Origin: a virus
Taxonomy: Duplodnaviria; Heunggongvirae; Uroviricota; Caudoviricetes
IMG/VR virus record: IMGVR_UViG_3300030332_001481
Coordinates: 291,486 to 355,485 of that record
Strand: one strand, 5' to 3'
Length of the DNA stretch: 64,000 bases
Below are positions 37,644 through 47,479 of this stretch, piece after piece. Position 1 is the first letter of the stretch; each line of letters begins with the position of its first letter. A program made the position numbers and the translations under genes. The notes below the pieces were generated by a model that was not told where the DNA came from, made no database searches, and saw nothing but the letters and a program-made list of their open reading frames with translations.

Positions 37644-38783
37644 TCACGCACTACGCTCATTCTGGAAAAGCGTAGATTTGTTCTCCAGATAACGGAGAAT
37701 TAGTAGGGTTTTAGCGACCTTAGCAAGGCGCTTGGTAATTGTGGAGGCAGATTTGGATCTTTGCGTCCCAAATTCGCCCTGAAAATCGTCATGAACGGTG
37801 CGAAGATTCTTGTACCGACGAATCATACTCTCTAGGGGAGCACCCACTAGGTGGAGGACCACATCGACGGCTTTGACTCGATTGAACATGCCGATCACTG
37901 CCTTGTGCATCTTCTGCACCATTGGGTGGGAAAGAACCTTCTTGGAAGCTTCTTCCCTGCTCGCTCCTTGCTCCGCGAACATCTCTACACCAGAGAGGTA
38001 TCGCGTCTGGAAGACCTCGAAGAGCTTCTTGTGCTGTTCTGCAGTGGTCTTCCGGAACTCGCGGATGGACGACAGGGCGTTCGACGCAGACATGAGACCC
38101 ATACCTGCTTCTTCGACGAAGCGATCAGCAGCCTTTGCGTACTGAGGGTAGTTGTCATTGTCGAAGGTGATCTTCTTCCCGATGATCCGCACGTTGTTGA
38201 TCAACTCTTCCGCGTGATCGACGTAGTCGAACACAGGGCGGATGAGTGAAACTGCCTCTTCGATGGTTGCTTTGAGCTTGGGGTCGACCTGGTCAACCTG
38301 GTCGTCTGCTGCGATTGCCTCAGTCGCCTTAGGAACTAGGTCATTACGGAGACGAATCAACGCTCGAATGTTCACCAGGAGCTTTGAGGCGGCGCCTTCC
38401 AGCTGCTTGTTGCGCTCGGTAGAGACAAACTTTTCGGCACCAGGGTCGTCCGAAAGGAGGTAACTCAGATCAGTCGGATCGGCAGAAAACTGAGCCTTCA
38501 TGGCCAGCTCATGCGCCTTCAGCTTACGAGACTCTGCCTCCGTTATCTCGTTTGCCCACTTTTTCTTGTAGAGTGCATCTACCTCTTCTTTTGAAAGAAG
38601 TGCAGCTTCTGTATTCCTAATTTCTATCTCTGCTCGTTGACGCTCGATGGCACGCCAGATCTTACGCTCTTTGGGGTTGAGCATGTCTACGCCCTGCTCC
38701 TTGACCTTGCGCAAAACTTTGCGTTGTAGCGCAGGGTTCAGGGTAAGGGCGAGCTTCTGAAGGCGATGGCTAGTAGGTCTCAT
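37644..38783 (-). CDS. Helical hypothetical protein
   Basis: 379 aa ORF. Confidence 0.75.
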   Translation of the reverse strand: MRPTSHRLQKLALTLNPALQRKVLRKVKEQGVDMLNPKERKIWRAIERQRAEIEIRNTEAALLSKEEVDALYKKKWANEITEAESRKLKAHELAMKAQFSADPTDLSYLLSDDPGAEKFVSTERNKQLEGAASKLLVNIRALIRLRNDLVPKATEAIAADDQVDQVDPKLKATIEEAVSLIRPVFDYVDHAEELINNVRIIGKKITFDNDNYPQYAKAADRFVEEAGMGLMSASNALSSIREFRKTTAEQHKKLFEVFQTRYLSGVEMFAEQGASREEASKKVLSHPMVQKMHKAVIGMFNRVKAVDVVLHLVGAPLESMIRRYKNLRTVHDDFQGEFGTQRSKSASTITKRLAKVAKTLLILRYLENKSTLFQNERSA

Positions 38784-38844
38784 GATCTCAAGCTAGAAAT
38801 AACCAACGAATCCGAAAGGTTCTGTGTCGGTGTAAAAGCACGCC

Positions 38845-39081
38845 ATGGAACTCAACCTTCAACCGCTACAGCCCTCGCTTGCGCTGTTGCGAGAGGAAGC
38901 CTCAGAGTGGGAATGGGGCTGTGTGCTGGTGCACTTCAACACACGCAACTACGTAGGTACTAGGGGTGGTGAGACTGTCTCGGTGGTACGTAAGACCGAC
39001 GGATGGCGGGTGGAAACAGACGTTGGGTCTGTCCCACTGGAGTACTGGCTGAGTGGAGGGGGAAATGAAATCACTGGATGA
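38845..39081 (+). CDS. Small hypothetical protein
   Basis: 78 aa ORF overlapping the next + gene. Confidence 0.55.
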   Translation: MELNLQPLQPSLALLREEASEWEWGCVLVHFNTRNYVGTRGGETVSVVRKTDGWRVETDVGSVPLEYWLSGGGNEITG

Positions 39082-39463
39082 CGTCGTAGACAAGGAGAGC
39101 GGGGGTCCACTTCCTATTCTCCCAGCAGAACAGCGGGTGGCGAACCTGGAAGGTGACATCCGCCTCCTCAAGTCCAAGATCAAGAGGCTCCAGAAGAGAG
39201 GCCTCTACTACCGCCACCAGCGAAACCGCCTGATCTTGTGGGGTCTTCAGGACCGGTTCATGCGCTTCGTGATCTCCAACGTCGTGGGCGCGGAGTGGAC
39301 CGAGCTGATGCGTGGTCTAGTTATGGAGGGGGAGTTTGACAAGGACGAACTGAAGCAGATCAGCATGCAGGACATCGAGGAGCAGCTTGAGCTAAAGTGG
39401 AACGAGAAGGCGGGGGTCTACAAGTCCACCCGCAAGGAAGAAAAGAAAAAGAAGAAAGCCTAG
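39065..39463 (+). CDS. Hypothetical protein with basic tail
   Basis: GGAGG RBS, ATG 39065. Confidence 0.7.
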   Translation: MKSLDDVVDKESGGPLPILPAEQRVANLEGDIRLLKSKIKRLQKRGLYYRHQRNRLILWGLQDRFMRFVISNVVGAEWTELMRGLVMEGEFDKDELKQISMQDIEEQLELKWNEKAGVYKSTRKEEKKKKKA

Positions 39464-41277
39464 AAGAGGCTCTCGTCCTTTTCCATCAGCTCCTCTACTT
39501 CCACCAGCGTGCTTCGTAGAAGCTTGAGTTCCTCCTGGTCCCCTGTGGAGAGTTCATCCTCGTCGTAATCGTCCTCATCGAGGTCCGCAGTGAGATCCTG
39601 GATCTCACCCTCTAGCTCGCGGTGTAAGGACGAGAGTCCGATACCCACACGCGTAGACGGAAGTCCCGCAGCCTTGGCCATGTCTAGGAAGTCGTCAGCC
39701 AGGTAGAGGGCAAAATCTAATGGCTCCCCTAATGGCACGTTGACTGTCAAAAATGAGGTCAAGAGTGACCCAATCCGACGCACCACATCCTTGGGTGGAG
39801 GATCCTCCGTAGCGATGAGTTCTTCGAGAACTCCAAACACCTGCTCTCGCACCGCATCGTCCTTGAGGAGGGGATGCCAACCATGAAGGTAAAAGTACCT
39901 GGCGGGTAGGTTTCGGGTGACGAGTACCCTCACTGCATCGGACCCTCGACGAAGTACCCCATCGACGATCCCTTCCTCCGACCCTGGCGTTTTCTCCGCC
40001 ATCTCAATAGCCCTGATGACGGCATCTTGAGATAGACGCGGGTTGGACAGAAGCGTGCGTGCCGCCTCAGGACGTCCATGCTTCACCTCTTTGTTACCCT
40101 CCTCGTTGGTCACTACACGAGTGAAGAACAGCGGAATGAGGCTCTCTAGTTCCTCCCCGGTCAGCTGTACATTCTTGGACAGGTCTACCCGCTTGAGATT
40201 CTGCAGGACGAAGTCGTAAGGTAGGTAAGGGTTGCGCACGATGCCCTCGATAGGGCTCAGTACTGGAATCTCTTTGGTGTCAAGGTCGGAGAGCACCTCC
40301 TGAAGTAGGTCTCCCTTGATGGATCGCAACGTTGCGTGGAGGGCATTCTGTGGGTGGTTCCCTCCCCGCTGCTCTAGCGTGGCGTCAGTGAGTGCCGTGA
40401 GGATCTCCTCCTTTAGCCCAGCAGAGGACAGTAGATCCGTCAAAGAGCTACGCCACACCTCGGTCGGAGCATAAGTAAGCCCGTCGCCGTCATACAGCTT
40501 CTTCGCTTTGACGAACTCTTCCACGTAGGGGCGGTACTTGGGACTGACCGGATTTGCGTTCTTCTTGCCTCTGATCTGCCCAACGGTCACCTGGCCGTTT
40601 TTCTTGTTCAGCTCGATGGTGGCATGAGGCATGTTCTTGGGATCGCGTAGGGATAGGATGGTAGACCTGCCCCTATCTACGTCTTCGCAATACCCACCCA
40701 CGCAGTGGTCCATGATCCTGCCCTCGACACCCAAGTCTTGGGAGGGAACGTTCACAAAAACCCAGCCGTTGCCAAAGTCGTAAACGACGTCACGACTTTT
40801 AAACGGGCCATAACGCCCGTTTTGATCGACTTGTGGCTGCGGTTGCCTCGTGATCTGCCGGTGCCACGTATCCGATGCCTGAACAAGGTCCTGGACTGAC
40901 GCCCCAGCTAGGGAAGGTGAGTTGGCAGCGATCCAGTCTGCTACTTCCCTAAGTTTCTGCTGGCCTACCTGAGCAACTACGTCCTCCTGCTGCATGAGGA
41001 GCGTCGCAAAGTCGCGAGCCTGAGCCTTGTTGAGGCGCTGGCCAATCTGATCGATGAGGCGGATGACAGCCTCAGAGAACAGCGGACCCGTCTTGGCCAG
41101 CTCCTGCAGCTGCATGTAGAACTCCCGCTTGTCCTGATCAGGCTGAGGCTGCTCCGTTCGCTGGAGCTGCTTCAGGTTGATCTTGACCAGGGCATCAGAA
41201 TTGGCTCCTGCCTCCACAAGTCGGTAGAGGCAGGAGGCAAATCTAGTGCGTGCAGCCAGGCGGGAGTACTGAGGCAC
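39460..41277 (-). CDS. PcfJ-like domain protein with helical repeats
   Basis: DLGVEGRIMDHCVGGY...STILSLRDPKNMPHATIEL...QIRGKKN motif. Confidence 0.8.
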   Translation of the reverse strand: MPQYSRLAARTRFASCLYRLVEAGANSDALVKINLKQLQRTEQPQPDQDKREFYMQLQELAKTGPLFSEAVIRLIDQIGQRLNKAQARDFATLLMQQEDVVAQVGQQKLREVADWIAANSPSLAGASVQDLVQASDTWHRQITRQPQPQVDQNGRYGPFKSRDVVYDFGNGWVFVNVPSQDLGVEGRIMDHCVGGYCEDVDRGRSTILSLRDPKNMPHATIELNKKNGQVTVGQIRGKKNANPVSPKYRPYVEEFVKAKKLYDGDGLTYAPTEVWRSSLTDLLSSAGLKEEILTALTDATLEQRGGNHPQNALHATLRSIKGDLLQEVLSDLDTKEIPVLSPIEGIVRNPYLPYDFVLQNLKRVDLSKNVQLTGEELESLIPLFFTRVVTNEEGNKEVKHGRPEAARTLLSNPRLSQDAVIRAIEMAEKTPGSEEGIVDGVLRRGSDAVRVLVTRNLPARYFYLHGWHPLLKDDAVREQVFGVLEELIATEDPPPKDVVRRIGSLLTSFLTVNVPLGEPLDFALYLADDFLDMAKAAGLPSTRVGIGLSSLHRELEGEIQDLTADLDEDDYDEDELSTGDQEELKLLRSTLVEVEELMEKDESLF

Positions 41278-41286
41278 GAAGGAGTC

Positions 41287-42066
41287 TCATCCGTTCCAGG
41301 GCTTGACCCAACGCTGAATGGCCTCGGGGTCAGCCTGACCGCCATGACCCTCGGCGCCGTTGCCGTTGGTGATGACTGAGGACTCAATGTAGCAGATCTG
41401 GCGGCAGATTTCAGCGATGACGAACTGCTTCGCACCCGCTGAGATGAGGCGCCCCTTGCCGCGACCCGACTCCATGTGGCGGCAGGCAATCCGGCCGTTC
41501 GGGCTCGTAGCACCACAACCCGGGAAGTTACACTCGGTGTACCCAACAAGGGCACCCATCGAGTGACCCTTGAACTCCCCACGAAGGATGGACTCCGCCA
41601 CATGACGGTCCTTGGTACGGTCCCACCCCGCGAGGATGACGATCTTCCAGAGGTCTGTGCCGGCAACCTTCTGCAGGTTGGCGTCGAAGATGACGCCCTT
41701 GGCCTTCCGGGGGTCCCGGTTGTCGTGGTCACGGTGCGTGGGCTTACCCACGAAGCTGCGGTAAACCAGTGCCCCTGTCTCCGGGTTAAAAGACGATACC
41801 TCGTCGTACGGGAACAGGTCGAGGTTCCGGTTCGGCACATCTACCGAGACAATTGGGATCTCGGTGATGACGTAGTCGTTGATGTTACCCGAGATGAGGA
41901 GCTTCTCAGCCGCCTTGGGCAACCACGAGATGTCAATGGCCGACTGCTTGTTCAAGAAGTTGTCGGACGCAGCTCGGAGCTTGCCGGAGAAGTGGTCCTT
42001 CTCCATGCGACAGGTGTGGCCTTCGAACAGCCGGGTGTTTTGGATTACTTCGCCAGTCTTAAACAT
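41287..42066 (-). CDS. Prohead (maturation) protease
   Basis: VPNRNLDLFP...FVGKPTHRDHDN...KAKGVIFDA...HSMGA...CNFPGCG...CRH; directly after the portal. Confidence 0.8.
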   Translation of the reverse strand: MFKTGEVIQNTRLFEGHTCRMEKDHFSGKLRAASDNFLNKQSAIDISWLPKAAEKLLISGNINDYVITEIPIVSVDVPNRNLDLFPYDEVSSFNPETGALVYRSFVGKPTHRDHDNRDPRKAKGVIFDANLQKVAGTDLWKIVILAGWDRTKDRHVAESILRGEFKGHSMGALVGYTECNFPGCGATSPNGRIACRHMESGRGKGRLISAGAKQFVIAEICRQICYIESSVITNGNGAEGHGGQADPEAIQRWVKPWNG

Positions 42067-42069
42067 GGT

Positions 42070-44436
42070 TCATTCCTTGAGCATAGCAGGGTCGTCGACG
42101 AATCCGTTGATGACGTTGTTCACGTGCTTGGACTCTTGGGTTATTGAGTTGGCGATAAGACGAGCCTGATTGGGATTGTCGCGGAAGAACTGGTTCCGGA
42201 TGTCCTTTACTTCCTGCATGTCCGGCGGCTTAGACCCTGCGATGCGGCGTTCACGTACTTGAGTTAGATGAGCCACAACAGTCAGCTCACCTGCAAGAAG
42301 CTTGGGGTCTGGGCAGACCTTCTGGAGGTTCTTGTAGATGTCCATGGCCACCTCTCGGGTGACGTCGGCGTTCTTGAGGATGCCGATACGGGCCATGATG
42401 TAGCGTAGAACTTGGTCTCGCCTGTTGTGGCCAGTGGACAGGATGCGGCGAGCCTCAGCCTTGGTGAGGGTCTTCGCAAGCTTCTCACCCAGAGAATCGA
42501 GAAGGCGCCGAGCATATAGCTCAGCCTGGTCCTTGCTGATGCCCATGAACTCGCCACCCTTCCAAACAGGGAGGGCGTCGAGAAGGTCCAGCATCTCCCG
42601 GTCTCTGCGGTAGTTGCGACGGGTCGAAGTGATGATGTTGGGCGCCGTGGCAGCGTCGGCGGTCTTTTCGGTAGCCGCGCCCTTGAATGAGGCGCCAATG
42701 GAGGGGAGTTCTAGACCGGCATCGGCGCCAGCGTCGCCGCCCATGCCCATGTCGCCGCCCATGCCTCCACCCATGTCTCCGCCCATGTCCATGCCACCCA
42801 TGCCCATGTCCATGCCACCCATGCCCATGTCCATGCCACCCATGCCGCCACCGAGTTCACCTAGACCGGAGCCAAGGTCGCCGCCCATGCCACCCTGGCC
42901 GCCGGCTGCTTCGGGAGCTAGCTCCATGACCTTCTTCTTTTGGCGCGCTAGCTGGCGAGAGGTCTCAATGTCATCGGAGAACTGCTCAATCTCCGAGTCG
43001 AGATCGAAGCCAGCGGCGGAGGACCAAGTACGCTTGGTAACTGGGATGCCCTTTTCCTCCATCATCTGGAGGATTTCCAGGTAGTCTCGGTCAGCTACCG
43101 GCTTGAGGCTCTTCTCCCACGCCAAGGTGGGGAGGATGTACCTGCGGTTGTCCTCGTTGAAGTCACTCGCCACGCGAATCCGATGATCGACGTTCGCCTT
43201 CTTCTGATGGAAGAAGCCATTTCGCTCGGCGATTGGCTTGAGGATCTTCTCCTTGATGAGGGAGTTGACGAAGTAGTTACGATGGGCCTTGATCTTCTCA
43301 AGGAAGGTGGACATCACCTGTTCCATCGCATTGAAGTTCGCGTCCCCCGTGATGAACTGCTCACTCACACCGAGAGCGTTGAGCTTGCCTTGGAGCAGGA
43401 ACTGCCATTCATCGCTGATCTTGGTGATGTCGCTGACGGTGCCTCCGCCAACTTCTGAGGCCTGAACACCAGACCGTGTCACTACAAGAGCGCCAACGGG
43501 ATCCTCGTCAGCCTGCATGAAGAGGCCTGCAAGGTCATCCAGCTCACCTGGGCTCGGCTCCCACACGTCGTCGATTCCAGCAGTGATGTGCCGGATACGG
43601 GAGGCCCTACGGCGGCTGGCCGCAATCGTGGAGTTCACCAGGGCCTTTTCATAGGCCACGAACATGATGATTCGAGTGAAAATACTCGCCCCCGTCACGT
43701 CGTACGGGGAGACCTTCCGCGGAAGGTAGAAAGTCTGGTCGGGGTGGAGCGGGATTGACTGACCGTCTCGGATCATGTCAATCAACTCAGAGATGTGGCG
43801 CTGGGCCGCGAGGTCTCGCGGGTCGCTGGAGTTTGCCCACCCACGCATTTCTGGCGTAGGAATGATGTCCAGCTTGGGCTGGAACCCTGGCATGGGGATG
43901 GGGGTGACCCGAATCCAGTCAGGGTCGTGAATGATGAGCCTGTCCCAGTACCCCTTGGACTCATTCATCAAGAGGTGACCAATGACCTTACCCATGCTCA
44001 GGTATTCATTCGAGAGCTGGGGCAGGATATTGGTGATATCGATGGCGTTCAGAGCATCGGCGTACGTCTGCGCGATCTCTCGGTCCTCGACGCCCACAAC
44101 CTGGAAGTCTGACCAGGGGAGGTCGGAGTAGAGATCGATAACGGGAGCAGCAACTGGGTCCTGAAGGCGAATTCGACGCCAAATCCGGTGAAGCCGGCGA
44201 GGATCCACCGGCATGAACTGCTCAATGATCGTCCCTTCGGAAAGATCATCGTAGACCGGGTTGTAGCGGTTGATGGTGTTACGGCCACCTGTGCCGAACC
44301 CGCCACCGTACGCACCGCTCCCACCGAAGCCGCTGCTTCCGCCGTAGGCGCCGCTTCCGCCGCCGCCTCCGAAACTGCCGAGCGCGTGCTTGCGCATGGC
44401 AGCAACCTTCATTCTGTCGTAATTCAGCCTAATCAT
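42070..44436 (-). CDS. Portal protein
   Basis: 788 aa; DPVAAPVIDLYSDLP.S.F, YD..G.SI..R, ALGV...FITG..N motifs; between terminase and protease. Confidence 0.8.
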   Translation of the reverse strand: MIRLNYDRMKVAAMRKHALGSFGGGGGSGAYGGSSGFGGSGAYGGGFGTGGRNTINRYNPVYDDLSEGTIIEQFMPVDPRRLHRIWRRIRLQDPVAAPVIDLYSDLPWSDFQVVGVEDREIAQTYADALNAIDITNILPQLSNEYLSMGKVIGHLLMNESKGYWDRLIIHDPDWIRVTPIPMPGFQPKLDIIPTPEMRGWANSSDPRDLAAQRHISELIDMIRDGQSIPLHPDQTFYLPRKVSPYDVTGASIFTRIIMFVAYEKALVNSTIAASRRRASRIRHITAGIDDVWEPSPGELDDLAGLFMQADEDPVGALVVTRSGVQASEVGGGTVSDITKISDEWQFLLQGKLNALGVSEQFITGDANFNAMEQVMSTFLEKIKAHRNYFVNSLIKEKILKPIAERNGFFHQKKANVDHRIRVASDFNEDNRRYILPTLAWEKSLKPVADRDYLEILQMMEEKGIPVTKRTWSSAAGFDLDSEIEQFSDDIETSRQLARQKKKVMELAPEAAGGQGGMGGDLGSGLGELGGGMGGMDMGMGGMDMGMGGMDMGGDMGGGMGGDMGMGGDAGADAGLELPSIGASFKGAATEKTADAATAPNIITSTRRNYRRDREMLDLLDALPVWKGGEFMGISKDQAELYARRLLDSLGEKLAKTLTKAEARRILSTGHNRRDQVLRYIMARIGILKNADVTREVAMDIYKNLQKVCPDPKLLAGELTVVAHLTQVRERRIAGSKPPDMQEVKDIRNQFFRDNPNQARLIANSITQESKHVNNVINGFVDDPAMLKE
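42781..42843. repeat. 21-bp tandem repeat x3 (MGGMDMG) in the portal
   Basis: GCCCATGTCCATGCCACCCAT three times. Confidence 0.9.
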
Positions 44437-44441
44437 TGGGG

Positions 44442-44798
44442 TTACAGACTCAGGTACAGGTAGGTAGGATCGCCGTGGTCCATGCGATCGTACTTGTAGT
44501 CACTGATACCGTGAGTGTTGAGGCGGCGAAGGAGAGTCTCCACGAACGATGAGATCTGAGCCACGTTCAGATGCTTGGGGACCATGATCTTAGCCTGGCC
44601 CTTCTTTGCATCGATGGCCAAGCGAGGGGTGTGGAAGCCCATGTACGCGAGCTGCTCCTCGATGATCTCTTTCTGCTCAGCGGCCTCTTCGATCGAAACA
44701 CGCTTAGCCTCCTTGAGGAGGATTTCGGCCTCCTCAGGGAGGCCCGAGGCGATTAGACCTGAAGCCATGCGCCTCAGGTAGGAGGAAGAAGTCGTCAT
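44442..44798 (-). CDS. Hypothetical protein
   Basis: Start MTTSSSY at 44798. Confidence 0.7.
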   Translation of the reverse strand: MTTSSSYLRRMASGLIASGLPEEAEILLKEAKRVSIEEAAEQKEIIEEQLAYMGFHTPRLAIDAKKGQAKIMVPKHLNVAQISSFVETLLRRLNTHGISDYKYDRMDHGDPTYLYLSL

Positions 44799-44803
44799 AC
44801 AGC

Positions 44804-45154
44804 TCAAGTAACAGGGATGCAGACGTTGCAACTCGTGCAGAAGCGGCTCTCAAGGGAGTCACTCACCTGAGCGAACACCATCGAGGAGTTGCAGCGGGGG
44901 CACATGCCTGCGTTGCGAAGGGAGTGGGCCTGAAGGCTGGGACGGCCAGAGGCGGTCTTGAGCGTGGAGGCAGACTTCTTGTTCTCCTCAAGCACGATGT
45001 CAGTGGCCAGAGGGGTATCCTCGGGCGCTACCACGTCGGTGATCTCAGCCATCGCCAGCTTGTAGCGGAGCTTGCGCCGCTTTTCAGCGGTAAGGACACT
45101 CTTGACCTTGTAGAGCTTGTAGGTGTCTTCAATGAATTGATCGACAGGTGTCAT
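44804..45154 (-). CDS. Small protein with C-terminal zinc ribbon
   Basis: CPRC...CTSC. Confidence 0.7.
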   Translation of the reverse strand: MTPVDQFIEDTYKLYKVKSVLTAEKRRKLRYKLAMAEITDVVAPEDTPLATDIVLEENKKSASTLKTASGRPSLQAHSLRNAGMCPRCNSSMVFAQVSDSLESRFCTSCNVCIPVT

Positions 45155-45160
45155 CTGCGC

Positions 45161-47182
45161 TTACCTTTTCTTATAGGAGAACTTTCCTATGACGGAGCCA
45201 ACGGAATTTCGTGAGTTTGCCCCTCGGAAGGCTCCCACCGAGGACTTCATGGCTACAGTACCCACACGCTGTGATTGACCAGCCCCTGGGTTAAAAGACG
45301 AAGAGTAGAATTCCTTAGGATTCTCAGACACATAATAAGCTGCCAGAACAGCAGTTCGGAAGCCATCGTCCTCCCCTGCCTCGGGTTTGACGATCTTTTT
45401 CCCGATCTCTCTGACGGTGGCGAACTGAGCACCAAAGTGAGTGTAGGGAGCGTTCCGGATGGCCGAAACACTGGTCATATCGAAGTCCGCCAGCTTCTTG
45501 TGTTCCCAGCGAGGCATCTTGTAGTGACCGTTGTACACCATGGTTCGCAGGCGCTTGAAATCCGCGTCGCGGGGGCTGTACTTGATCGCCTTGACGCGCA
45601 TGCGGTTCAGCTCCTGGATGACGCCAGAGGATCCCCACCGGTCGTATAGTACGGCCTTGATCTGAAGCCCTGTGATGGGGTCCACGATAGACTTGACCAG
45701 GTTCTCCATAGTGGGAAAGTGAACCGAGATGAGCTGCCCCGTGTCCATCTTCTTCTCTGGCTTGGCCTCGATGAACGCGTCCAGCTGCAGATGGAACGTG
45801 TCGTTCTCCCCGGGCCTCACTGAGTGAATCGAGAGACAGTAGGAGTTTGCGGTCTCACCGCAGTCCACCGTGAGTACACGTGGTACCATCCGTAGGCGGT
45901 TGTCGTTGAGGGACGTGAGCAGCTTGGCTGCAACGTATCGAACGCGGCTGGAGTCCAGCTCATCCCTGATGAACTCAGGCTTCCAGCGAAGGAGAGGCGG
46001 ATCAGAGACCTGCATCTCTTCGATGGCCTGCTCGCTCTCGATGAAAGGAGAGTTCGCAGTAGGAGGCCTGGCCCCGAAATCTCGCCAGAACTTGACGGGA
46101 TCGTTGGTCTCTTCACTCGCGAGTGACTCACGGGTGATGAGAGGGCTGGCCTCCCAGCTGGAGTAGTGGAACGTGACCTTCCTCGGGTCAGTATCCCCTT
46201 CCTTCAGGAGGCTCATCATCTTGTCGTACTGAGATGAGGGGGATGAGATGTTACACATCATCCCCGGCATCGTGTTGTACTCACCGTCTCGCCACTTCAC
46301 GTCAGACGCAGAGCGGACCGTACGCAAGGAGTTCGAAAGAGAGGCATAGGTCTCTTCTGCGTTGGCGCGGACAGCAGTAGATCCCTGCTTAAACCACGCC
46401 AGCTCATCGATGCTGCAGAACACGCGAGTCGAACCACGAAGGGCGCTCATGTCAGCGGCAGCGTACGAGCAGCCGAGTAGCTTGTTGGCGAACACGATGC
46501 TCTGGTCCTGGACCTTGTAGAGTGTTCCCTTTTCAAGTCCCTGGGCCTGCTCCACCTTTCGTAGCTCCTTGAAGTACTGGGTAAACCAGGCACTCTGAAT
46601 CAGGGCTTCCTTGAAGTTCTTCCACAGTGTACGCTTCACCTGGCCTGCCGTAACAGCAACGAACGTCAGCTCGAAGAAGCTGTTCTGCATCAAGCCGTAG
46701 AAGCGTGCCGGGTTTGGCAACTGGAGGAACCGGTGAACGTAGTAGGGCGCCAGAACACCCGCCGTGACCGCGGTCTTACCTGACCGCTGACCCAAGCAGC
46801 TAACCAGTTCCCAGGGCAGGGAGTCGAATAGCTCCCTGCGGTTCTTGTTGCACTCAGGACAGATTCCATTGTTGAGCAGCACAACATTGGACCGGAAGGT
46901 CCCGATGCTGGCATCGACGGGAACATCTTCCATGAAGTCGTCGTTGGAGCAAGAGGGGCAGTAATCTGCGTACATGCGCACACACTGCTCAGCCTGCTTG
47001 GCCCAAAGAGTCTCCATCCCCATAAAATCACTGGAAGTAGCGAAGTCGATGACGTTCTTCGCGTACTCAATTTCAATGTCATCGTCGAAAACACTGGGGT
47101 CGAGCCCGGAGGCGATAACCCTGTCGATGATGTCTTGGAGATCTAGTAGATGCTCGTTACTCTCCTCGTTCTTCTTACTCAC
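45161..47182 (-). CDS. terL: Terminase large subunit
   Basis: Walker A GQRSGKT, Walker B FCSIDELAW, ISSP coupling motif, nuclease LTVDCG...YDRWG...EDDGF. Confidence 0.9.
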   Translation of the reverse strand: MSKKNEESNEHLLDLQDIIDRVIASGLDPSVFDDDIEIEYAKNVIDFATSSDFMGMETLWAKQAEQCVRMYADYCPSCSNDDFMEDVPVDASIGTFRSNVVLLNNGICPECNKNRRELFDSLPWELVSCLGQRSGKTAVTAGVLAPYYVHRFLQLPNPARFYGLMQNSFFELTFVAVTAGQVKRTLWKNFKEALIQSAWFTQYFKELRKVEQAQGLEKGTLYKVQDQSIVFANKLLGCSYAAADMSALRGSTRVFCSIDELAWFKQGSTAVRANAEETYASLSNSLRTVRSASDVKWRDGEYNTMPGMMCNISSPSSQYDKMMSLLKEGDTDPRKVTFHYSSWEASPLITRESLASEETNDPVKFWRDFGARPPTANSPFIESEQAIEEMQVSDPPLLRWKPEFIRDELDSSRVRYVAAKLLTSLNDNRLRMVPRVLTVDCGETANSYCLSIHSVRPGENDTFHLQLDAFIEAKPEKKMDTGQLISVHFPTMENLVKSIVDPITGLQIKAVLYDRWGSSGVIQELNRMRVKAIKYSPRDADFKRLRTMVYNGHYKMPRWEHKKLADFDMTSVSAIRNAPYTHFGAQFATVREIGKKIVKPEAGEDDGFRTAVLAAYYVSENPKEFYSSSFNPGAGQSQRVGTVAMKSSVGAFRGANSRNSVGSVIGKFSYKKR

Positions 47183-47185
47183 TAA

Positions 47186-47479
47186 TCAGCTTACTTTCAA
47201 CAAATCCGTAAGTGTCTGGCCGTGGTCAGGCATCAACTTGTAGCGGGACTTGTTCTTGTTGTTGGCGGGGCCGGCAAAGCCGGACGCATCATCAGGATAG
47301 GATGCGCCATCATCCTCGAAGAGGTCGCCAAAGGGTTCGTGCTCCTCTTCTGTGGTTTCAACCGGATCTGTCCGGAGGAATTTGGGGTCTAAGTACCCCT
47401 TCTCTTCCAGGATGTCCGCCAGTCTACGAAGGACATCCATCTTCTTTGCAACGCGCTCAATTCGGCGGTAGGGAGTCAT
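47186..47479 (-). CDS. Small hypothetical protein
   Basis: 97 aa coupled ORF. Confidence 0.65.
   Translation of the reverse strand: MTPYRRIERVAKKMDVLRRLADILEEKGYLDPKFLRTDPVETTEEEHEPFGDLFEDDGASYPDDASGFAGPANNKNKSRYKLMPDHGQTLTDLLKVS

Noticed and set aside
42740-42890. Short repeats as a CRISPR array
   Set aside because: In-frame tandem coding repeats with no spacers.
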